From positions 8,340-72,339 of the IMG/VR virus record IMGVR_UViG_3300032288_003197: DNA of 64,000 nt, one strand, 5' to 3'. The position numbers and the translations under genes are program-made. Of the stretch, positions 8,617 through 17,940 are shown piece by piece; positions within the stretch are counted from its first letter, which is position 1, and each line of letters opens with the position of its first letter. Under the pieces are notes generated by a model that was not told the origin of the DNA, did not search any database, and saw only the letters and a program-made list of their open reading frames with translations. This DNA comes from a virus.

Positions 8617-8840
8617 TCTTCAACTCCGAAACGTTTCTTAATCTCAGCCGCAGTCCAACTGTCTCGGTCATTCAGCCCCGAAGCTGCACTAAACTGTTCG
8701 TTAGCAATGTCAGCACATTCCCTTACAATCAACTCGGCGAACTTTTCTTTGAAATTGTCAAACCATTCCAATCCCTGTGGTGTCACATACTCCGCATAAT
8801 CTCTTGCCTGTTCAGCAAGTTCTCGAATTCGTTCATTCAT
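8613..8840 (-). CDS. small modular protein (MNERI family)
   Basis: All three blocks; start moved to MNERIRE. Confidence 0.75.
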   Translation of the reverse strand: MNERIRELAEQARDYAEYVTPQGLEWFDNFKEKFAELIVRECADIANEQFSAASGLNDRDSWTAAEIKKRFGVEE

Positions 8841-9237
8841 AGTCATAGCCTTCAGTCTCGTAACTGCCGGCGGTTTCAATATGCACATGGCCGAAACGGA
8901 TCAAGCCATGATCCTCACTGACTTCAAACGGCTGATCAAAATCCACAATGGCGCCCAGACGTTTGATATCGCGAGTGTTGTCGCGAATGTCGTCTACCAG
9001 GATGCAACCAATCAGGCCAGCATCCACTGAGTGGCTGGTGCCAATGTTTGATTGGTATACCCCGTCGCCATGCGCAGTTCCGAAGCTGGCAAAGCGTCGT
9101 CCGTCAGCAAACACAAACTCGCCATCTACACATTGATTGTTGGGCATGGTGATCTCACAGAATTCACCCCACTCATCGTGCATCACATAGCACAGGTCAC
9201 CGATGTAATAACGTCCAGCGGGCATGGTCATGATCAA
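8833..9237 (-). CDS. hypothetical phage protein
   Basis: MPAGRYYIGDLCYVM ... VDAGLIG; coupled to neighbours. Confidence 0.75.
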   Translation of the reverse strand: MIMTMPAGRYYIGDLCYVMHDEWGEFCEITMPNNQCVDGEFVFADGRRFASFGTAHGDGVYQSNIGTSHSVDAGLIGCILVDDIRDNTRDIKRLGAIVDFDQPFEVSEDHGLIRFGHVHIETAGSYETEGYDYE

Positions 9238-9491
9238 CCCCAGTCCTTTTTGTCACCGTGTTGTTCATTGTAATTGAAGCCTGCGGTGTAGGCCACAATC
9301 TGTTCAGCAGTCATGTCGTCCATTTCCACGCGGCGTGAAGAGCCAGTGTCGCCCACATAGAAGTGTGGATTGTATCCGCGATGGTAATAACTGTCAGCCG
9401 AGCCGCGATCAAACGCACCGCCATGCCGGCGATCATACAGTCGGCCGTTGATTTCAATAGATTGGTTCATGGTTGCAATTGATTCAGTCAT
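9234..9491 (-). CDS. hypothetical phage protein
   Basis: RHGGAFDRGSADSYY; start moved to MTESI behind AAGGAG. Confidence 0.75.
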   Translation of the reverse strand: MTESIATMNQSIEINGRLYDRRHGGAFDRGSADSYYHRGYNPHFYVGDTGSSRRVEMDDMTAEQIVAYTAGFNYNEQHGDKKDWG

Positions 9492-9501
9492 GTCATACTC
9501 C

Positions 9502-9819
9502 TTAAAACGCAAGTTCTTGGGCGGGGAAGCGGATCTTGCCTTCAAACTCCAGCTGATCGCGCTCAAATTCAGTAAGGTAGTCATCGGCCACCACAGACCA
9601 GTGCACAATGCGTTCTTTGAAGGCATCATTGTCCTGTTCGACTTGGCCGCGCACACGATCCACGATGATGTCCACCATGTCGCATTCATCCACACTGCGG
9701 ACCACATAGTCCGAGCCGCCCTTGGCCTTCCAGTAGGCTTCGGCGCCAGTGCCTAGGCTACCGTCTTCGCGCCAGGCGTAATTTTCGTAAACTTGAGTGG
9801 TGATCAGCAGTTTGGACAT
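9502..9819 (-). CDS. hypothetical phage protein
   Basis: AAGGAG SD; lies downstream of a strong promoter. Confidence 0.75.
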   Translation of the reverse strand: MSKLLITTQVYENYAWREDGSLGTGAEAYWKAKGGSDYVVRSVDECDMVDIIVDRVRGQVEQDNDAFKERIVHWSVVADDYLTEFERDQLEFEGKIRFPAQELAF

Positions 9820-9848
9820 TTGGGCTCCTTGTTACTTTCTATGCTTCT

Positions 9849-9880
9849 ATTATAGCAAAATGGGAATTATTGGTCAACCG
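9849..9880 (-). promoter_or_regulatory. strong early sigma70 promoter
   Basis: CGG-TTGACC-N17-TATAAT with extended TG. Confidence 0.8.
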
Positions 9881-10218
9881 ATTTCTACGCCGCGCATGTC
9901 GGTGTTCAAGTTGGGGCAGTGCGCACGGATCAAATCACGCTCAAACGTGTGTGCTAAAGTTTTACCGCGCAACACAGCCAAGACGCTGACAGTGAACGCC
10001 TGGGTACCACGCTCGCGCAGGGCTTCATACAGTGCCCAGCTCTTGTCCTCGCTACGTGAGCGGTACAGGTGCTTGCGGCAACGAGTCATCACGCTGAGTT
10101 TAACAGTCGAAGCAGTCTTGGCAGTGACACCGATGTAGAAGTCCGAGCCCGAAGTCAGCATGTAAACAATGTGGGTACGATCCGAGCGCTTCTTGCGTGA
10201 CTGCTTTTTAAGTTCCAT
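9874..10218 (-). CDS. GIY-YIG family nuclease-like protein
   Basis: HIVYMLTSGSDFYIGVT (GIY-YIG-like) with later conserved R/E/N; start moved to MELKKQ. Confidence 0.6.
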   Translation of the reverse strand: MELKKQSRKKRSDRTHIVYMLTSGSDFYIGVTAKTASTVKLSVMTRCRKHLYRSRSEDKSWALYEALRERGTQAFTVSVLAVLRGKTLAHTFERDLIRAHCPNLNTDMRGVEIG

Positions 10219-10224
10219 ACAAGT

Positions 10225-10256
10225 ATTATAGCAAAAAGGGAAATTCTGGTCAACCG
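10225..10256 (-). promoter_or_regulatory. strong early sigma70 promoter, near-duplicate of 9849-9880
   Basis: CGG-TTGACC-N17-TATAAT with a near-identical spacer. Confidence 0.8.
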
Positions 10257-10258
10257 TT

Positions 10259-10624
10259 TTAGTACCGTTGTAAACTTGCCACAAATCGGTTGACATCATT
10301 ATACAGGGCATACATGGTGGCTTCTTTACTGGCAAAGAAGCATAGTTTGGAACGCTTGCCTGCTTTGATATAGTAAGGTGCAGTAAGTTTGCGGTCCAAC
10401 ATCAACAGTATTCTAGGAATGGCTTGAATAGCTACCTCGGTTTCAAAATCCCAGTGTTCGAGTTTGTATTGCTCAAATGCTTCAAACCCAACAGAGGAAA
10501 GCCGCCAGCCACCATCAGGATTTTGCCACCATTCTCTCATGGCTTCTTCCACGGTCCATATGTCAGACTGTGCTACTAAATTTTTTGTGAATTTTGTTTT
10601 ATTGGGCACTAACTGCAAATTCAA
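10259..10624 (-). CDS. hypothetical protein
   Basis: ORF in a coupled minus-strand run; exact start uncertain. Confidence 0.65.
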   Translation of the reverse strand: MNLQLVPNKTKFTKNLVAQSDIWTVEEAMREWWQNPDGGWRLSSVGFEAFEQYKLEHWDFETEVAIQAIPRILLMLDRKLTAPYYIKAGKRSKLCFFASKEATMYALYNDVNRFVASLQRY

Positions 10625-10908
10625 GGGAATATCTGAGTCCCAGCAGTCATTAAAACAACCGTGAACTTGTCGGTCTTGAATTGAACGTTTAGTTTCCGGG
10701 CTAAGTTGATTGCGTGGCCTTTGTTTGAAAACGAAACTTTTTTGTATTTGGGTCCAGGGTATTGTGTGAGCATGTTTGATGTTTTTAAGTTGATGGGCTT
10801 GGTATCAAAAAACACAGCCCACACTCCCTCGGAGGCCAACACTTGCTCGGTCTTGTAAGTTGCTTTGTCAGTGTGCTCGATCAGCACCGTTGGCTTGGGT
10901 CTACTCAT
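10621..10908 (-). CDS. hypothetical protein
   Basis: GGAG SD with TAAATA upstream. Confidence 0.75.
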   Translation of the reverse strand: MSRPKPTVLIEHTDKATYKTEQVLASEGVWAVFFDTKPINLKTSNMLTQYPGPKYKKVSFSNKGHAINLARKLNVQFKTDKFTVVLMTAGTQIFP

Positions 10909-10939
10909 CGTTATCTCCGTAGTTTATTTATCTCAAAAA

Positions 10940-11149
10940 CTACGTGCTTTTAAAACCACCACCACTCATCTCCACTGTGACAGTTTCTTCGCGACTGACC
11001 GAATTGCGCATACTTTCCAAGGTCAACAACAGTTTGGTAATGTCCCCGTGTAGGTCTTTGGCATCACGCAAGGTCATTGTGAGATCACGTTGGCCACGAC
11101 TTTCTGCAGCCTTGATTGTATCCACAAAACGATTGATATGCAGACTCAT
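10940..11149 (-). CDS. hypothetical protein
   Basis: Compact ORF in an operon. Confidence 0.65.
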   Translation of the reverse strand: MSLHINRFVDTIKAAESRGQRDLTMTLRDAKDLHGDITKLLLTLESMRNSVSREETVTVEMSGGGFKST

Positions 11150-11150
11150 T

Positions 11151-11534
11151 TCAAGAAAATTTCTTCATGAAATGTGTTTTACTGAGATACTGCTCAAGTT
11201 CAGGTGGAGTCCATCCCTGTGGCTTGAGTACTTTGCCATCTTCACGTTTACGAACCTTGCCGGTGTCTCGATCGATCTTGGCAAAGTTTGTGCGCATGAC
11301 TTCTTTCCAGGCACCTTCGCCGTCTGCACCCAGGCTGTGAATAGCACCAATTGTGACCACCAAGATGTCAATCAGGGCATCTAAGTCGTCTTTGGCTGTG
11401 GTGCTGGCCACAAGTTCATCAAATTCTTCTCTAATGAGGTTACAATACATTTGGTATTGTTGTTCATTGAACTCGCCTGTGGTTTGATCACAGGCCTTCA
11501 TGAATTTTTCTTGATCACGAAACGGATTGGTCAT
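11151..11534 (-). CDS. MazG-like/PRA-PH all-alpha nucleotide pyrophosphohydrolase
   Basis: LIREEFDEL ... DLDALIDILVV ... VMRTNFAK ... REDGKVLKP; start moved to MTNPFRD. Confidence 0.75.
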   Translation of the reverse strand: MTNPFRDQEKFMKACDQTTGEFNEQQYQMYCNLIREEFDELVASTTAKDDLDALIDILVVTIGAIHSLGADGEGAWKEVMRTNFAKIDRDTGKVRKREDGKVLKPQGWTPPELEQYLSKTHFMKKFS

Positions 11535-11967
11535 TGGCTTGCTCTTGAGTTTGAAAAGGACCTTGGTAAGCATACCGCTCCAAGGCAATAAGTTTGGGGT
11601 GTTGTACCACTCGCCACTTGCGATGTTGTTTGACTCGGTACCAGCCTGCAGCGAACCAGGACTTGGATTTTTCTTCTCTAGTAAACAACGGTAATTTATG
11701 TTTGACATCCCACAGTGGATTGAATACCGCACCCATGACCTCGTGTCCATATACCAGATTTGCCGGCTGCGGTGTTGCTGTTTCGGCTGGCTCGAATTGG
11801 ATGTTTATGGCATCGCGAGCCATTTTAATGGTTTGATATTTTGCTACACTGTCTAGGATTTTTATAGTACAGTTGCCGTTGTCAGCAACTTCAAGTTGGC
11901 CAATCTTGCGATTATCCTTCTTGAGGATCCAATACTGATTCTCTACTATGGGTTTGGCTAGTATCAT
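11515..11967 (-). CDS. hypothetical protein
   Basis: Long ORF with GGAG SD. Confidence 0.7.
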   Translation of the reverse strand: MILAKPIVENQYWILKKDNRKIGQLEVADNGNCTIKILDSVAKYQTIKMARDAINIQFEPAETATPQPANLVYGHEVMGAVFNPLWDVKHKLPLFTREEKSKSWFAAGWYRVKQHRKWRVVQHPKLIALERYAYQGPFQTQEQANDQSVS

Positions 11968-12961
11968 CTAGTACTCCTTTATATGTTTCGTTGAGCCATC
12001 GACTGACTTGTTCGGCGTTCTCACTGAGTTTGGTCAACTCATACCGGCCACAGAATCGCATGAAGTGAACTCCAACTTGTCCAACATCCTTGTGACTGAT
12101 TTGTTCACGAATGCAACCATCTACTACGGCCTTGACGTCATCTGGCTGTGCAGTGAGGTCAACCAAGGTACGATTGCGTTCGTAATCATCTTTCACACGA
12201 TGTTCCGCACCATTGTGGTCGGTCCAACGTTGTAGCATCAGGTTGTTCCAGTTGTAGCCTTTATTACCGCGATCCGCGTAGGCTTCACGGAGACCAACCT
12301 TATTCTTTGTGCCTTTTTCACGTACTCCCGGATAAGCACTAAACACATTGTCGGAGGTGTCCCCACGCATGCACTTTTCAAACAGTAGCCATTGCGGGTC
12401 CGGAGTGGTTTTTGGTTGTTTAGTTTTCTTATCAAGGACAGGGTTACCTTTGGCATCAAATATACCTTCCAGGGTCAATAGTTCGTCTGTGATACCGTTG
12501 TACTGTTGCACATTGGCGGCCAGCAACTGCACAAAATCTGTGTCCGAGCTTACAATGGTGTGTTCATCTTGGGGGTGTAGAGCAATCCAACGTGCAATGA
12601 TGTCATCTGCTTCAGCAGTGGCGCAACGCACAACGCTACAGTTTGTTCGAGTAGACAAGTATTTAGTCAGCTCATCATAGGTTTCCCAGAACAACCGGTC
12701 TTCTTCTGCTTCGGTTTCGCTCATGGCCCCACGTGCTACAGCACGGTTTTTCTTGTAGGGTTCGTAGAAGTCCTTGCGCCAGCTACGCCCTTCTAGTGCA
12801 AAAATCACATGATCTGCTTGGAAGCGTCGGGCCACTTTGTTGGCAGCCATGATGGTCACATGCAGGGCAAAGCCCAATTTGGTCCATGTGTCACTGGCAC
12901 GATGTGCACTGTGCCTGGCACGGAAAAACATGTTGGCAGTGTCAATCAGCAGATATTTCAT
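11912..12961 (-). CDS. rnh: T4-like RNase H / 5'-3' flap exonuclease
   Basis: LLIDTAN, SWRK ... YKKNR, EADDIIA, SSDTDFVQL, GDTSDNV. Confidence 0.9.
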   Translation of the reverse strand: MKYLLIDTANMFFRARHSAHRASDTWTKLGFALHVTIMAANKVARRFQADHVIFALEGRSWRKDFYEPYKKNRAVARGAMSETEAEEDRLFWETYDELTKYLSTRTNCSVVRCATAEADDIIARWIALHPQDEHTIVSSDTDFVQLLAANVQQYNGITDELLTLEGIFDAKGNPVLDKKTKQPKTTPDPQWLLFEKCMRGDTSDNVFSAYPGVREKGTKNKVGLREAYADRGNKGYNWNNLMLQRWTDHNGAEHRVKDDYERNRTLVDLTAQPDDVKAVVDGCIREQISHKDVGQVGVHFMRFCGRYELTKLSENAEQVSRWLNETYKGVLDDTSQTHSRESVLDPQEG

Positions 12962-13667
12962 TGGGCGCAATCAGATTGTTGTCGTTGATGTATTGTAACA
13001 CATAGTTGGCCCAAAAGCAATGGGCATCAGCACCAAAATGGTAACTTTTGGGGTTGACATATTCAAAACCGTTGTTTCTACACACAGCACTATAGGAATG
13101 ATCTATGGAATAAGGTTGGATATACGAAATCCCCCAATCCCGATCTGCTGGCAATTCACTGAATGTACTGTGTCCGTTGAAGAACAAGTGTGGTATCTGA
13201 AGGTGGATCAACTCTTGATGGAAATCCCAAATTCGGTCATGTGCTCTGCGAGTGGCCACTTTCCAATCCACATCAATCACATACTGCTTGTACCTATCGC
13301 GTAGCTCAGGTGGAACTATATCCCAGCCACTGGCGTTGACTTGATACCAGATGCCATTGTGTAACCACTCCTCGCGTTCCCAAGTTGACCACTGTATGAT
13401 CATAAAAGTGTTGGATAGTTTATCTGGATTGTTTGTGATCCAATCACGTGTGGTACGAATCATGCGGTCATTGCTACTGGCCGATTCTGCATCACAATAC
13501 ATTTCAACACCAAGTTGTTGGGCCAATTTGGTACACCAACTCACTGCTAGATTTGCTGGATGCGGCCTACGATCTATGCCATTCTGACCGTCATCTACAG
13601 CAAATGCTTCTTTGACTGCGGCTTCTGCAGCCGCGGTATGGCTACAGCCATTAACGTATAGTATCAT
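12942..13667 (-). CDS. SGNH/GDSL hydrolase-like protein
   Basis: N-terminal NGCSHT, SSNDRM and C-terminal YHFGADAH. Confidence 0.55.
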   Translation of the reverse strand: MILYVNGCSHTAAAEAAVKEAFAVDDGQNGIDRRPHPANLAVSWCTKLAQQLGVEMYCDAESASSNDRMIRTTRDWITNNPDKLSNTFMIIQWSTWEREEWLHNGIWYQVNASGWDIVPPELRDRYKQYVIDVDWKVATRRAHDRIWDFHQELIHLQIPHLFFNGHSTFSELPADRDWGISYIQPYSIDHSYSAVCRNNGFEYVNPKSYHFGADAHCFWANYVLQYINDNNLIAPNEISAD

Positions 13668-13903
13668 TTTTTATAGACTGGATTGGGTACTTCTAGTTCA
13701 AACACATGATATTCGCTGAACCCTGAGTCTGTGTTTTTGAGCAGCTCTAATGTTCTTAATTGTTCAGCTTCTTCTCGACTGCCATAAAATCCTGCACCAA
13801 ATGTAACGCTGCTACCGCTGCCATACACATAGCTCATTTGAAGTCCGGTCTGTTTGATTACAGCATAGACCTTGAATGTGGGCAAGGGTTTAAGTGGTTC
13901 CAT
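13664..13903 (-). CDS. hypothetical protein
   Basis: Coupled ORF. Confidence 0.6.
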   Translation of the reverse strand: MEPLKPLPTFKVYAVIKQTGLQMSYVYGSGSSVTFGAGFYGSREEAEQLRTLELLKNTDSGFSEYHVFELEVPNPVYKK

Positions 13904-14372
13904 CTTTCAACACCTTGAATGTTTCTGCAGCCACCACACGTTTGCGCAGGCTTGAACTGGAGAAGCTGTGATCTCGACGGTTGAAAACAAGTTCGATACC
14001 TCTCTCCCCACATTCATACCTTCCAGAGAAATCTTTGTTTTCGTACTCTACTCCTAGGATGCGCACATCCACAGGTAATATCAACAATAGGTCACAGAGA
14101 TCTTGTTCGGTTTGGTACACAACAACTTCATCCACATAACGGCATGCTGCCAACTGAATTTGTCGCTCCACCACACTTTGAATAGGTTTGTTTTTGGTGT
14201 CAGGTCTATCGATAGTTGGGTCAGTTTGTAGTCCTGCGATGAGATAATCACAGTGATTTTTGGCTTCTGATAGCATTGCAATATGACCTGCATGCAACAT
14301 GTCAAAGGTCGAGAATGTGATGCCAATTTTCTTACCGTCTGCTTTGAGCTTTTTGATGTGATTAAAGATCAT
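13890..14372 (-). CDS. cytidylyltransferase (TagD-like, HIGH superfamily)
   Basis: STFDMLHAGH, YVDEV, SSSSLR. Confidence 0.85.
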   Translation of the reverse strand: MIFNHIKKLKADGKKIGITFSTFDMLHAGHIAMLSEAKNHCDYLIAGLQTDPTIDRPDTKNKPIQSVVERQIQLAACRYVDEVVVYQTEQDLCDLLLILPVDVRILGVEYENKDFSGRYECGERGIELVFNRRDHSFSSSSLRKRVVAAETFKVLKDGTT

Positions 14373-14761
14373 GATACTTCGCTCCGCCCCCCACCAATGT
14401 CGCGGGTACTGACATATTGACTACTGTATTTTTGTATGGCTTGTTCTTGTTCCCAAGTTTCCATCACAACATGCCTGCAGATATTTTGGAACCAGCGATC
14501 CACAATGTCTGCATCAGTGTCCGTGGGTTTCATCATGTAGCCAGCTTTGACCAGTCGTGCTACAAAAATCTCATTCCAGTCCAATTCAAATGCGCCCTGA
14601 TGCAGATTACTGGGATCAATGTCCATCTTGACAATGCTCACATACGGTTCATTGTTTTCTGTGGCTAGCTCTTTTTCGGTTTTCTCTGGTGCCCGTGGTT
14701 TGGGTTCAGATTTGACCTTGACTGGTTCAGGTTTTTTTCTAAAGCGATCAAATATCCCCAT
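14369..14761 (-). CDS. hypothetical protein
   Basis: Start MGIFDRF overlaps the queE stop. Confidence 0.7.
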   Translation of the reverse strand: MGIFDRFRKKPEPVKVKSEPKPRAPEKTEKELATENNEPYVSIVKMDIDPSNLHQGAFELDWNEIFVARLVKAGYMMKPTDTDADIVDRWFQNICRHVVMETWEQEQAIQKYSSQYVSTRDIGGGRSEVS

Positions 14762-15597
14762 TAGGTTCCCCATTCATTCTTGAAGAGTGGCACTTGAAGT
14801 CGATCACTGTACCGCCATCCTTTTCGCATTGCCATTTCTGCCACTGCACGATTGTTAAGGGTATACACCCGCTCAACACCACCAACGGGCATAATATAAA
14901 CAGGACCCGTAAAACCTGCCGCACGATATTCATCAACAGCTCGTTCCGCATCATGGAGATCCTCCTCAGTGGACACAACAAACTTTAGATATGTATATCC
15001 AACATCTTGATATTCGCAAACAATTTCTGGACAGATAGCATCTTCCCACCGCTCACCACTGCATGGAAGTTTGGCGCTTACGCTGAATGTGATTTCTCGC
15101 CCTACCTTGTTCCAGTCTTGCAAGTAATTTTTGAACTCTGGTGAGAGTTTTTGAGTGCCATTGGTTTCAAACGTAATCTCTGTTAGCTCACGCATGTCTG
15201 GATGATCCAACAAGTCTGGATAAGAACGTTGCCAACCCAACAATGGTTCACCACCTGTGATTACTAGATGTTCGTCCCGCCATTTCTTGTGCGGTAGCGA
15301 ATCCACAACAGCAAGGGCAACCGCATCAGTATCAAGAACGGGAGATAAATGACGAAAGCGAGGATCCCAACTAGCGTAACTATCACAACCTGTACTAACC
15401 AAAGGAAGAGACTTGTACTCGGTGTACTGATCAGGGTCAATATTGTTTGCTTCATTGCTTAGTTCTCCACGAGACATGCCAAAACCTGCACACTTGAAGT
15501 TGCAGCCAAAAACACGCAAGAATACACTGGGCACCCCCATGTAACGACCTTCGCCTTGAATTGAATAAAATAGTTCTGCTACCTTGAGTTTAGACAT
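14761..15597 (-). CDS. queE: 7-carboxy-7-deazaguanine synthase (radical SAM)
   Basis: ELFYSIQGEG, FLRVFGCNFKC ... GCDSY, ITGGEPLL, FETNGT. Confidence 0.9.
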   Translation of the reverse strand: MSKLKVAELFYSIQGEGRYMGVPSVFLRVFGCNFKCAGFGMSRGELSNEANNIDPDQYTEYKSLPLVSTGCDSYASWDPRFRHLSPVLDTDAVALAVVDSLPHKKWRDEHLVITGGEPLLGWQRSYPDLLDHPDMRELTEITFETNGTQKLSPEFKNYLQDWNKVGREITFSVSAKLPCSGERWEDAICPEIVCEYQDVGYTYLKFVVSTEEDLHDAERAVDEYRAAGFTGPVYIMPVGGVERVYTLNNRAVAEMAMRKGWRYSDRLQVPLFKNEWGT

Positions 15598-15660
15598 CTG
15601 TATCCTTTGTTGTATGCCCTGCTATTGTACATGAAATCAGCACAATCTGCAACACGCACA

Positions 15661-16557
15661 CTAGGCAATTTGGCCAATTGACTTTTGCACACCCGATTCA
15701 AACGACATGGGATTGTAGTCGGGCATGATGCTTTTGAGTTTTGATATATTGGGTCTACGGTTGGCTGTGCTTCCAGGTTTGCCGGGAGTGGTTTCCCAGT
15801 CAGCGTTGGGATGGCCCAAGGCAGTGGCAATGATTTTGGCTGCATCCATGATGGTGATTTCTCGGTCATTACCGATATTGATCACATCACGAGTTTGTGT
15901 TTCGGCACAGTAGATACTGGCTCTCACAGCATCTTCCACATGACAGAAACTTCTGGTCTCGTTGGCACCAAAGCACTCGAAGCGACCTGCTTTTATTTTT
16001 GTAATCTGATCGGCCAAGAAGTGTCCGGCCTTGCTGTTCTCTCCGTACACATTGAAATAACGCAACATCACATAGGGCAAGTTGCTGTTGGCCAGGTAAT
16101 TTTCACTGCATACCTTGGCCAGTCTGTAACTCCAGCGAGCATTGTGAATGTCTCGGATAGCAATGTCTGAGTGTTCAGGAACCGGGCTCACAGGATCGTC
16201 ACTGACAATTTCGCTACTGCTGGCATACACAATTTTTTTAAGACCGGGCAACCGGGCAGCCCATTCAAACACATTGATGTCACACACAAAGTTATTGCGT
16301 AGCACTTGGTTGGGACGCTCATAAAAGTTTTTGGTACCATTGATAGCACCATAGTGATAGATGTAGTCAAAGTCTTGCGGCAACCGGCTCAAAGCCGTGG
16401 GGTCGTTCAAGTCCATGGGCCGGAATTCATCACAGGGAGGTATGGTGCTACTACGACTGTGATTGTCAACAGCCCACACTGTGTGGCCGCTGTTTTTGAG
16501 TTGTCTACAGATTTCAGTGCCCAACAATCCACTGGCACCAGTTACTAAAATTTTCAT
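15661..16557 (-). CDS. NAD-dependent epimerase/dehydratase (extended SDR)
   Basis: GASGLLG, ASSSE, YRLAK (YxxxK), RYFNVYG, RSFCHVED. Confidence 0.88.
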   Translation of the reverse strand: MKILVTGASGLLGTEICRQLKNSGHTVWAVDNHSRSSTIPPCDEFRPMDLNDPTALSRLPQDFDYIYHYGAINGTKNFYERPNQVLRNNFVCDINVFEWAARLPGLKKIVYASSSEIVSDDPVSPVPEHSDIAIRDIHNARWSYRLAKVCSENYLANSNLPYVMLRYFNVYGENSKAGHFLADQITKIKAGRFECFGANETRSFCHVEDAVRASIYCAETQTRDVINIGNDREITIMDAAKIIATALGHPNADWETTPGKPGSTANRRPNISKLKSIMPDYNPMSFESGVQKSIGQIA

Positions 16558-17327
16558 TTGCTTACCTTGTTGTTGTCGTCAATCACACTTTGAATCAGTG
16601 TATAGGGCAGGCCAAGATTGTGAATCAAGTTGTTCCATGCACTGGTGTCTTTGGGCAAACAATGTCCGCCGTAACCACGCATGTTCTCATTGGCCATCAA
16701 GTAGTGTGGGTTGATACATTCTCTGCGAGTGATTGCATCATACACATTCTTGTAGTCAGCACCCAATTTCTTGCACACATCATATGTGATATTGGCAAAG
16801 GTCACGCTCATGGCATGATGCACGTTGTTGAAATATTTCACCACTTCAGCTTCAGTGGGACTCACACGAGCCACGGTCTTTGGGAAATGTCCGTGTATTT
16901 TTTCAATTAGGTCAAAATCTTCCTCGCGGTCACTGCCAATGATCAATAGGTCATGATTGTAAACAAAATCTGCTAGAGCTGTTTTGGCACGTAAAAATTC
17001 AGGCACACTGCAAATCTTTAAATTGGGATATGCTTCACTCAGTCGTCGACTGGTACCAGGAACCACAGTGCTCTTGATTGCTACCAATCCCGAGTACCGG
17101 TGTTGGTTCAATTCCGCAACCACTCGTTCAACAATGCTGGTGTCGCAATCTCCGTTGGCTGCTTGATTTGTGGGCACACTGAGAAACACACATTCGGCAT
17201 CCAGCACATCAGCAAGTTTGCTGCCTTCATAAGCCGGATCATAGAAACACATGTTGTGTCCAAGGTATTCAAGGCCTTCGTACACAGCCTTGCCCACTGT
17301 GCCTTTTCCAATAATTCCTATTTTCAT
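16554..17327 (-). CDS. UDP-glucose/GDP-mannose 6-dehydrogenase family protein, lacking the C-terminal domain
   Basis: GKGTVG, KSTVVPGT, PEFL, GYGGHCLPKD. Confidence 0.88.
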   Translation of the reverse strand: MKIGIIGKGTVGKAVYEGLEYLGHNMCFYDPAYEGSKLADVLDAECVFLSVPTNQAANGDCDTSIVERVVAELNQHRYSGLVAIKSTVVPGTSRRLSEAYPNLKICSVPEFLRAKTALADFVYNHDLLIIGSDREEDFDLIEKIHGHFPKTVARVSPTEAEVVKYFNNVHHAMSVTFANITYDVCKKLGADYKNVYDAITRRECINPHYLMANENMRGYGGHCLPKDTSAWNNLIHNLGLPYTLIQSVIDDNNKVSK

Positions 17328-17938
17328 TTTACATCCTTAAAAGTCATGTCTACGCAACTACTGGCCAAATTGGATTTGGCCAATTTGAAAATTTCTTCAG
17401 CCACCTGTTGGGGTTCTAGATAGTCCAACTTGGGATCAAATTGTTTGCCTGCTGTGGCCATCCGGGTGCGTGTTCGCACTGGGTTTAGTAAATCTACTTG
17501 AGTGCTGGATCCAGCAAAGTGATCTCTAGCCGATTCCCACAAATTGTATAAAGCAGCCTTGCTGGCACTGTACAGTGGATACAGCACTCGCCCGCCGGTG
17601 TAACTGCTGCTGCCGATCATGATGATTCTTGCGGGCTTGGCGGAATCTTGGTGCGACATATAGTAACTGACAATGGACCAATTGCTGCCAAAATTAATAT
17701 TCATGGTTGCTGTGTGAGTATCAGAGTGTCCGTTGACAAATATTCCAACACAGTTCACAACCACATCGGCCTGTGTGTAATGCAGTAGCCTAGCAACATC
17801 TTTGTGACTTTGTGCATACTCAAAATTTAGCTGATCGCGATTCACCGCAATCACACGATAACCTTGATCTTGAAACAGTTTGGCAGCGGCACTGCCAATC
17901 CCACCGTTTGCACCAAAGATCACCACAGTTCTTGTCAT
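17324..17938 (-). CDS. short-chain dehydrogenase/reductase
   Basis: GANGGIG, YSASKAA. Confidence 0.85.
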   Translation of the reverse strand: MTRTVVIFGANGGIGSAAAKLFQDQGYRVIAVNRDQLNFEYAQSHKDVARLLHYTQADVVVNCVGIFVNGHSDTHTATMNINFGSNWSIVSYYMSHQDSAKPARIIMIGSSSYTGGRVLYPLYSASKAALYNLWESARDHFAGSSTQVDLLNPVRTRTRMATAGKQFDPKLDYLEPQQVAEEIFKLAKSNLASSCVDMTFKDVK

Positions 17939-17940
17939 TG

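Larger units (their letters stand above)
7252..8840. repeat. dispersed direct repeats forming a gene-cassette-like array
   Basis: cattcttcaactccgaa or close variants at 7252, 7461, 7655, 7846, 8078 and 8614, plus repeated aattcgttcgttcat and acaatcaactcggcgaacttttc blocks. Confidence 0.9.

Noticed and set aside
7252-8840. CRISPR array interpretation of the repeats
   Set aside because: Spacing is irregular (about 190-540 nt), the repeats lie in coding frames and encode SD/start/stop, and no cas genes are present.
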